Shown in pieces: positions 37,901 through 47,556 of a stretch of 64,000 nt of DNA. Location of the stretch: contig OZ241829.1 in the NCBI GenBank assembly GCA_965202585.1, positions 20,708,001 to 20,772,000 on the forward strand, read 5' to 3'. The notes beneath the pieces are model-generated. The model saw only the letters and a list, made by a program, of their open reading frames with translations, was not told where the DNA came from and made no database searches. Both the position numbers and the translations under genes were made by a program. Positions within the stretch are counted from its first letter, which is position 1. Every line of letters starts with the position of its first letter. This DNA is from Thalia democratica (taxonomy: Eukaryota).

Positions 37901-40900
37901 TTACCTTGGCAACGCCCCTGTTTGCTTCCTAGGACCAACATCTTTGAGATTCATGTGAGTTAGTTGTATGTTAGGGGATTTTAGCTGGTACTTACTTTGG
38001 AAACACCCAGTTGGCTTTTTTGGATGAGAATCAATGGTGTTAATTCAAATAAACTAGTGTTTGAGGTTAGGGGTTTTTCTGAAACCAATGGCACTTAAGT
38101 TATTTGGAACAATAGAAATATTTTTATGAGTTATGTAAAGATGAACTAAATGTGAGACAGAAATTTTAGCTAGTTGTAAAGTAAATATAATCACCGGTTG
38201 TGCTGCCAAACTTTTGTGGTTAAATTTATGCTAAGTACGCCTTACTGTTGTCACAGTGTGTTGCTAAACTTTGGAAAAAAAAGTGTTAACGTCTGTTTTA
38301 GACAATCTTCGTTATCTAAAATTGACCCAAAATGGTGTTCAACTAGGAAAAGGTTAAAAGATAACCAGTTAAGTTTGTAACTGTATTTGTATAAATGGAA
38401 CTAGTTATGTACAAACGATCATCAGGTTAACAGGTCATTAATCAAATAATCATTAGTTTTTAAACTATTTCAGTTTACGTTATGCATAAACAAAAACAGG
38501 GAGCTTGCAAGGAACATCCGGCCGTGGTCTCCGTTCTACCTGGAACCGATCGTTGAGGTGTTTGGAAAGTATCTGGATCTGAACATAGACTTCCAGAAGG
38601 CCCGCCAGTGCCTGGGCGCCACCATTTTCGGAACCTCGAAATATTTCCAAACACCAAAGTGCGGCTGGCATGGTTTGTTGATGTTCTGTGCATATATTTT
38701 TGGACTATTATTTTTCAAACTTATTTTGTTGTAAGTATGTAATCTTAAAATAAAACAACTCAATTTTTATATTTTTTAAACTCTAGAAGCTTATAGTTTT
38801 AGAGTTCTTGGAATTTCAATTAGAATACTCGAAGTAAGTATATGATTAATAAAATTAAAATTTTATTTTTGTTTATAAAGTTTGTTAAATTTTCTAATAA
38901 TTGTAAAGTAATACATAAAAGTGAACATGATAGGTACAAAGCAAGTTGTTTAAACACATTAATAAGAAAAAAAAAAAAGTACAAAGTAGTTAAGCCATCT
39001 ATAATAGTATTACTTTTCAAAATTTCATCCTAACTATTCCAAACTTTAGGAATCTCGAAGATCGAGTGCAACTTGAAGGGGTGCTGCTTCAACGACAAGA
39101 ACGGACAGTGCGTGTACCCTAGGTACCTGTTCAAGGAGCTTCAGTCATTCGGTATCCAGCAACAGATTACCCAGGATGACAGGGTCCAGTTTCCCGAGCT
39201 GTTTCAGTCAACCACAATGTCCACCACTTGCTCCGATGTTAGTTGCTATTCATTTTTATTGAGTTTTAATTTGGTAATTAGTCTTAACTTTCTATTTAGT
39301 TGTTTTTAGGTAAAACGGTTGTATGCTATGTGTTCTGATCTTAATTTCTTTTGTTATAAAATTTATATTGCTAATTTTTTATCATGCTGAATGTTTAGAC
39401 ATTCAAACATGGTTTTTATGTACTATTTATTCCAGTTCAAGTTACATCGCATGAAGATTATTAAAATGATCATTAAAGTAATTAAATTTATTTAACAACG
39501 CTTTTTGCTGCTTACTCAGCCAATGTTTAAACTTTATGGCGTGAGTTAATATTAAGGTTACAAAGTTTGCTACATAAAAAATCTGAAAAAAGTGATTAAG
39601 GAAGTGTTCCTGAGTTTCTAAACTTTTGCTACTTTACTGTGCACATTTAAAAATAGTGCTAAAATAGTTTTTTAATGTTTTATGTACAACTTAAAATTTT
39701 CAATAAAAAAAAGTAAGTACCCATAAGCATGTCACGTACAACAAGTTCAAAAAATTTGTAATTTCGAAAACAATTTTTTTACACAGGTGCTCAGATTAAT
39801 TACCATCTGATTGATCTTTGCACTATTTACAAAAATGCTATAAAAGTATGTAAAATATTGAACAAACAATTTGTATACAAATATTTACGGAAGTGACTCA
39901 TAAAGTTTTAATATCATATAATACATACCATACATGTGTTTAATTCAGCTTTATGTACCGGTTTAACACATTTTAAAAGAATTGTGTAAACAAAATTTTA
40001 CAATTTTGTTTTATTTTGTTTAAAGTAAATTATTAAGACGATTAGAAACTCTATGTATTAAAAACCATTTAATAAATATTTTAAAACGAAATTTTTATAT
40101 TGATTTCGTTAATAAAATCTAATTTTCAAGCTCTAAAACAGGTACATAAAGCGTTTGAAATGTTTGTTTTCTAACAAATTAAGTATATGTTTCCTAAAAT
40201 TGCTTTTAAAAAGTTTTATTTTTCTTCTGCATGAAAACTTAAACTTAAAATCAGATTGTAAAACTAACCATACTAGCAGCTAATGGTTTATATATGATAA
40301 TATCTATTGTTTTAATAAATTCTAAAAAACATGTTTATTTGTCCAAACAAATCAGAAGCTTAATACTATTATTTTTTAAACCATAAAGTTCTTTAAAGTT
40401 CTTAAAAAATTACGCCAAGCGAAACAACTTTTATTTCTTATTTCTAATTCTTAAAATCTTTATTTCCTTATTTTTAATCCTTATTTTTTGTGTTTGCTTA
40501 AAAACCAGAAGTTTATTATTTTTTCAACCATAAAGTTATTAAAATCTTTTTTTACGATTTTTCTTCACAGCCGAACGCCAAGCGAAACAACTTCCATTTC
40601 TTATTTCTAATTTTTAAAATCTTTCTTCTTCACAGCCGAACGCCAACACTTCCCCTCTCGAGGTGTTCCAGAGGCTCCCCTGCTCCTCGGACACTTCCTC
40701 CTCCTCCTCCTCTTCGCTGGTCACCCTCCTCTACTCCTGCCCCGCCTCCTGCTGCAAGAACTACTACGCCTTCCTCGACATCGGCACGAGCTCCTCCTCC
40801 ACCTCTTCCAAGTGAGTTTGTGACGTCACAATGTACGCTTGTATGTGTTGTTCGTTGTAATAAAATTCTGCTGGCTTACCTAAAGCTTTATAACAGCGTT

Positions 40901-43900
40901 AAAGTTTAGTTGTTGTTAGTTTTGTAAAGCTTTACTTTTGTGCATAGCCTGTTATTTATTCGTTAATTTAACTTTTAAAATAAATTATTTAACTATTTTT
41001 AGCGTCATAATGCACACTTGTTTGTGTTGTTCGTTGTAATAAAATTCTGCTGTTATACCTAAAGCTTTTTTAAGTTTCTTAGTTTTGTTGCAACAGTGTA
41101 AAACTTTATTTTTGTGCATAGCTTGTTATTTACCAACTTCGTTAATTTAACTTTTAAAATAAAATATTTACATATTTTAACCGTCTTGGTGTTTTCTTAT
41201 CAGTATTACTGTGTTCAGTTATTTTTTAGTGAACCTGGAGTAATAACGTTAATTTAAGGTTTTTCATAATATTTTTATTCTTCCAGGTTAGCACTTTTGA
41301 CTGGAGGCAACTCTCAATTCAATATCGCATCTGCACTTTCTGGTAACAGGTATAAATTGTTTGATGTTTAACAATAAAAATTTCTTATCCGATATCTACT
41401 AAAACTGTAGTGTGGTAACTGTTTAAAAACGTGTTTTTATTTTTGTAAAAAGAATATAGTTGTACTTTTACTTAAAAAAAATGTAGCTTTGCAATTCTTT
41501 TTTTAACTCAAACTACATGAAATAAAATTATAATAGAAGAGCATGCTTATTATTTGGACTTAAATTTTAAAAAGCTTGTTAGTTTTGTTGAGTAATTTTT
41601 GACAATACTTTCATCGCTACGATGACAACTATGGCTTTAAAAACTCAAAATAGTTTTTATTTCGCAGGAGCTTTATTTCATTTTTACTTTTTTGAATTTT
41701 TATTTATATATTTTTACAGGAACCCCTAAACAGCACAGTTCCTTTTAAACGCATACTGCTACTTCATTTATTTCATACAAAAAAAAATTTCACAGGAACT
41801 TTTATAACTAGTTATTTTTTATTCTCACAGGAACCCCTTAAAAGCACAGTTCTTCTCAAACGCATACTGCTTCTTCTTTTATTTCGTACAAAAATATTGT
41901 GTTTTCACCGGAACTTTTACACTTAGTACACTTTTATTTTCACAGGAACCCACTGACAGCACAGTTCTTCTTGAACGCATACTGCCCGTATCTATACTTC
42001 CAGCTCAACGGACTCCCCGATCTTTCGGAATCGGTGAAGGGATGCTGCAAGCAGTCGTCTTGTTACCACAAATCTCTCGTTAGTGTTTGAATAGTAGTGT
42101 TTGTTACGATTCTTTTACTTAATAGTTATTAAAATCGTTTTAGCTTTTAGTAGACTTCAGTTAAAGTTGAGTTTGTTTTATTACCTTCTTTTGCCAGTCT
42201 AAAAATTTGCATGCAACACCGAGTGAGTTGCCAAGTTATAAAAAAATTATTAAGGTAACAATGTATTGCCTTTATTCTAGATTCTAGAATTTAAAATAAA
42301 GGCAATACATTGTTACCTTAATAATTTTTTCTATGGATATATATTTTTTAACTTGGCAATTCACTAGGCAATCTTGGCAACTTGGCAAACTAGAATCTAG
42401 ATAAAACTATCATACCAATCAGAGGGCCAACAATAATATTTACGATAACTTAAATGTATAAAAGTATAAAATTACTCTTTATTTCAGGGTCAACAGCAAC
42501 AAATGGCAATGTGGGGACAGTGGGGCCAATGGTCCCAGTGTACAGGTAATTATTGTGACTATTTATACATAAATGTATATATATATATATACAGAATTGT
42601 TTTAAGTAATGTCTTGTTTTTCTAATATAACTATCTCTTACGTACGTTCACAAATCAAAATATGGAAAAAAATATTTTGTATATTTGTAACTATGGTAAC
42701 TAGTAATGTATATTATCTGTTCAAAGTTGTATTTAGTAACTCTAACATTATCGGTTTTTATGTATGTACACAAACAAACACTAAAATAAAAATGTTTTCT
42801 GTATGAGTAAAAAGGCAACTGTATAAAAAATAGTTATGTAGTGCAAACAACAAGTTGACAAACTATAACTTCACATAAACAATGAGTGATGTTGTAATAA
42901 GAATTTTTACAAAACTTACAAAATGATAATTTAATAAACAACCCACAAAAAACAGGAGGATGTAACCAGCCTGGGCAGCAGCTGCGCACCAGGGCTTGCA
43001 TGATAATGGGGCAGGTCACGCAGGGCTCGTTCTGCACTGGGGGCAGCCAGGCGGGCACGGACAGGAGAAACTGCGTGGGACAGTGCGTGGGTCCCATATT
43101 CAACTGGGGGCTGTGGTCGGCGTACGGTAACTGCATCGGTGAGTAACAAAATGGATTTTAAACAACTGATAATAATTTTTGGAATTTAGTTTTGAATAAA
43201 ACATTTAGCTAGGGCCATTGGTCAGCTTATTGCAGCTGTTTTAGTAAACAAAACAAAACACTTATTTAATTATACTAGTTAATACAAGCTTAAGTGGGTT
43301 TCCTGGTCAACGAATAGTAACCGTATAGGTGAGTATCGACTACTTAAGAGTACAGATAAATCATATTAAACAATTTAAAAGAGTACTTCATTGAAATTTT
43401 TAAAATCTAAATAAATACAAGAAAATGTATAAAATTTAGTGTCTGCCAAAAAGTTAAAATCCATAAAAGTCTGTTCGGAAAAGTACTTCTATCTAGAAGT
43501 GATAATTTTTATTTTTACTAATTATAACGCGGCCTTGTTTAATCAATTACAATACCTTAAGTTATTCCAAGCTACTTTAAATAAAAATAAATAAACATTT
43601 TTGCAGGCCAATGCAGCATGGAAGGATACCAGCTGAGGTCCCGAGTCTGCCAGAGTCCCGACGGAGCCCGCGGCGACAGTTGCCCCGGCAACCAGGAGCA
43701 GAGGCTGACCTGCACCTTGGCCCCGTGCCCCTGCAGCTGGACGGCGTGGTCGGCGAGTGGCAGCTGCTCGAGGACTTGCAGGCCCCAGGGCACCCAGTTT
43801 TACGGGAGGCAGACCTACACCAGGGACTGCAGAAGGTAGGAAAATATCAAGGACATAAATACTTTGCTGCATTTTTAATTAAGTTAAGATATATGAATTT

Positions 43901-46900
43901 ATTCTTTTAAGAATTTCTCTTATTTAAATAGAATTGTATTTGAATAAGATTTATTTCTTATTTAAATAGAATTCTATTTGAATAAGATTTATTTAAGCAC
44001 TGACGAGGTCTTTGACTGAAATTTATTTTGAAAAGTAAATTCTTGAAAGATTAAATTCATTACTTCTTCTCTAGCAGTTGAGATCTCTTTATTTGTTTTC
44101 TTAAAACCAAAACGTATAACAAGTTAAGATATATGTCAAAATACTAATAAAGTATTCTTGAAAGAGGTAAGTTTTACTGCCTTTATACACAAAAACCTAA
44201 ATTTTATACTTTTCAACAAATGTTAAAACAGTTTTAGTTTTTTTACAATCTGCTTTTATTGTGAAAACCAACTTTAAAATCCGAGGTTTACAAAAAATAA
44301 CTGATAAACTAAAACATCTAACAGAGAAGGCACCAACGCCCCATGCAATTCAAACTCATGTCCGGGCTCGGCATCCAAACAGGAAATTTGCGCCTCAAAC
44401 GTGTGTCCAAGCTACCAGATAGGTTGGTGGACACTAACGCCCTTAAACATAAAAATATCTGTAGTTTAAATTTAATAAACAGTTTTACGTATATAAAACA
44501 CTGAAAGATAGTTCAAATGAGGACACTAATGTCCCTACTTGAAATTCCGTGTATCTTCAATTTATAGTTTTATTTTCACGGCTGTCTTTACACCTTTAAC
44601 TTAAAAAAAATAAAAGTTGACACTTTCTAAAAAACCCGCACATTTTGGTAGAATAGAACTTAAAGCGAAAACTAAGTTTTCTTATCAAGTAAGTTATCTT
44701 GACATATGTTAAGTAATAATTTTTATACAATTTAAGTATACTCAAACAATCTTGATCAATTTTCAAATTAAACGGTTAAAACTCTCTGTCAAGCCACAAA
44801 ACACCAACTAAAGCTTCATTTATAGTTAATATTACTTTACTTGAAATATTAAATTAATAATGGATTAACAAAATAATAAAAAAATAGTAATTTACTTTAC
44901 TTTCCAGGAGCGTGGACTCCGTGGGGACGGTGCAACCAGAACTGCCAGCAGGAGAGGATGCAGATGTGCACTTTGAACGGGAGGACGGCCGCAAGGAACA
45001 CTTGCCAGGGACAGCGGCAGACCAAGAAGTGCCAGACAGGACTTTGCAGGCCGCTGAGGTCTTGGGTGAGTTGACATACTTTTTATAAAGTGTAAATTAT
45101 AGAAAAAAAATCGGATTTATTGAGACCAGACTGTACAGACCGCTGAGGTTTTGGGTGAATTGAAGGATGATACATGCTATGTGTAACTATTTTAAAACTA
45201 GAGACCAGCACTGTCAATTAATTATACATTGTCGATAGAATAGCGACAGTAATTTTTAGACTCTGTTCAAAACGCGTACTTATCTGGTAGATTGCTGTAC
45301 GTACATTTCTTTTTTTTTTTAATTTTTATTGATAAACGAGGTACTCGTGTGTCGAGGGTCATGCTCTCGTGTAAACCAGAACTTACCACAGCTTACTGCT
45401 CCCTAAAGTTTGTACAAAGATAGTGCAAAGTGTTCTATAAGTTTTAAAACGTGAAACTGTATAAAAATATGCGAAATAGAATGGATGAACATGTGTTTTA
45501 TAATACCAAATGTTTAGTCTTGTTACCTGCTACTAAATAGTAATATTTCTACTTTAAATGGTTAAAAGTCTGCATAAAAGATTTCAAAAATACGACACGC
45601 TTATTTTAAACACTAAATGTTTAATTAATTTTTACCGAGCGTTTTTTTCCTGAAAGTGAACCAACATTCACTAAAACTTCTTCTTCACAGGTGAGCTGGT
45701 CCAACTGGGGCTCGTGGTCCGACTGCGTGCACACGGGCCTGTCCAGCAAGACCAGGTTCCGCATATGCCTGTACCTGGGCAGGAGCGATTCGGAGATTGG
45801 CGACGACATCTGCGAGTACGTGCACCAGAACACGAAAGCGGTTGAGAGCGCAGGGTGCTCGGGCGGCAGTGGGGGCAGCTTCAACTGTTAGTATTTGTTT
45901 GTTTTGATGCGTTTTTATTTAAGTTTTAGTTTTTATTTAATTTGATGTATTTTAAGGGAAATAATTTAATATAAATTTGAGTTCATTTGTTTAATAGTTA
46001 ATAATCCTAATTCATTTAGTTAGTAATCCAACTTGTGCAAACAATTGTAATATAGATAGATTTAAAATTATTAAAATTTTTAGTAGTGTTTTCGATTGGA
46101 TTAATTTAGAAGCCATTGGTTTTTTAATAAGGAAGCCTGTTTTATGTAAGCAAAAATATTTTGACCATACTGTTTTTTTATTTTCGTAACATTTTATAAG
46201 GATTGTTTCCATTTTATTTATGTTTAGTTTTACTGTAGATCAATTATAACGTAAATGGACTTATTTGATTTTAACTGTTACTAATTGCTTTTTTCTTTTT
46301 TTAATCTCTTGATTACTTTATGATTACTTGATTACTTGGTTACTTTATAAGTTTGTAAAATCTTATTATTTGTTAGCATTGTACTCTACTGAAGAGAATT
46401 GCTCGAAATATATTTAGTCTTTCTAAAATTGTGTGTCTTGTGTAACTTATTGTATACTTAAATATACTAAATATTTTTTTATTTATTTTAATGCTTCTAT
46501 TGTTAGTTTTTATCTATGTTTTTATCTTTTTTATGTAATGTTTAGACACTAGTTTATATTGTTTTTAACGTATTTTTAAGGATTAATTCAATTTAGTTGT
46601 TTGTCCATATATCTTTTAAAGTTTCTGCTTAACAACTTTAACTAGTTACTATATTTAATTTATATCTAATTTACACCATATTTAATTACTATATTTTATC
46701 ACATTTCGATACACAATAAGTTTCATTATATTCAGTTAAGTAATTTTTTTAATGGTCTTATGCTTGCTAACGTCTTTACTTCCCGCTTACTTTTTTACTT
46801 ATTTATTTAGTTAACAATTTTTAAGTAATTAATATAATTGATTTGTTAATTTTTATCTTATTATGATACGGAAGAAGTTCTGTTATATTCTTTATGTAAC

Positions 46901-47556
46901 TTGATTGAAGTTTTGCAAAAAAGTTGTTAAATGATGACGTCGTTACATACCGCTCACTTTTCTATTGTATAAAACATATCAAAAAAATATACTGTTTCAA
47001 AAACAAAATTTACACCACAAGACAAAAAAACAATAAATAAAACAATTTACAGACGCGTACAATTGGTCGTCTTGGGGCAGCTGGTCTCAGTGCGACGCCC
47101 CGTTGTGCCAGCAGGGTAGAAGGACTAGGACCAAGCGGTGTCTGAACAGAAACAATGGGGCAACTGTGAGTTGAAATAACACTTGTATTTTTTTTTGTAA
47201 AAAAGTTTAAATTTTACTTTTAGTGAGCTTAAATGTATTTTTTTTACAGTTTAAAAAAATAATGTATTAAAACTGGTTTTTTATTAATTAGTTACTTTTA
47301 AAACCTTTGATCTTAAAATTTTGAAATGAATAAAACCGCAGTACTTATAAAAAAGCTTGTTAAATACAAAACATTTTGGAACTGATTATGTTACCTCTAA
47401 ACTAGTTACGAGGTTAAGCAAATTTATTTTTTTCATTCAAATAAACAATTTATCAATTTTCAGGTTTCCACAAACAACTGCCCAGGAACTGCGTTCGAGC
47501 AAGAAACATGCAATGGAGATTGCAATGTCAACATATTTGCAGATCTTTTCGGATAA
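34972..47556 (+). CDS. Secreted trefoil (P-type) domain + thrombospondin type-1 repeat protein, 822 aa
   Basis: 18 GT-AG exons in one continuous frame (2469 nt): 34972-35020, 36287-36442, 36718-36836, 37331-37443, 37784-37954, 38500-38672, 39050-39237, 40636-40811, 41287-41349, 41946-42078, 42488-42545, 42956-43138, 43607-43835, 44325-44422, 44908-45065, 45691-45886, 47053-47165, 47464-47556. Signal peptide MRQLCALVALVVCFIQI. Trefoil patterns include RQVCG...CLKVRGCCYDSSSSPKCY, QRLLC...CYKDPRCCFD...VCF and KCGWHGISKIECNLKGCCFNDKNGQCVY. Six WxxW..C...R.R.C TSP1 units follow. Confidence 0.92.
42223..42364. repeat. Intronic fold-back palindrome (possible hairpin MITE)
   Basis: Perfect 36-bp arms at 42241-42276 and 42295-42330 around an 18-nt loop, plus outer 16-bp arms at 42223-42238 and 42349-42364 with one mismatch. 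Confidence 0.9.
43896..44120 (+). mobile_element. 225-bp retroposed insertion containing spliced-leader copies and a hammerhead ribozyme core
   Basis: Flanked by a 15-bp direct repeat AAGTTAAGATATATG (43881-43895 and 44121-44135). Contains ATTCTATTTGAATAAG (43971-43986) and CTGACGA-GGTC-TTT-GACT-GAAA (44000-44021). Confidence 0.8.
43997..44030 (+). ncRNA. Type I hammerhead ribozyme, probably inactivated copy
   Basis: Core CUGACGA and GAAA with stem II GGUC/GACU. Relative to the 17.4-kb copies, G10.1-C11.1 has become G-U and stem III ACUUAGU has become AUUUAUU. Confidence 0.65.
45310..45400 (-). mobile_element. Possible isolated 3' tail of a LINE or SINE
   Basis: The minus strand reads ...GAGAGCATGACCCTCGACACACGAGTACCTCGTTTATC AATAAAAATT followed by a poly(A) run: a GC-richer, stem-like segment ending in an A tail. 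Confidence 0.35.
46013..46420 (+). mobile_element. Second Penelope-like 3' remnant (GIY-YIG C-terminus + 3' repeat region)
   Basis: Segment 46013-46189 translates without a stop as HLVSNPTCANNCNIDRFKIIKIFSSVFDWINLEAIGFLIRKPVLCKQKYFDHTVFLFS*. It aligns by eye with the end of the 9.4-kb remnant (H..NNPDC...FDLIKLETICILLRRPKLCKHKDFDYTF). Confidence 0.75.
46386..46417 (+). ncRNA. Minimal type I hammerhead ribozyme candidate
   Basis: CTA-CTGAAGA-GAATTGCTC-GAAA-TATA-T-T-TAG: intact core, 3-bp stem I (CUA/UAG), 2-bp stem II, palindromic stem III (AUAUAU) and an AUU cleavage triplet. It lies about 200 bp downstream of a Penelope ORF end. Confidence 0.65.
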
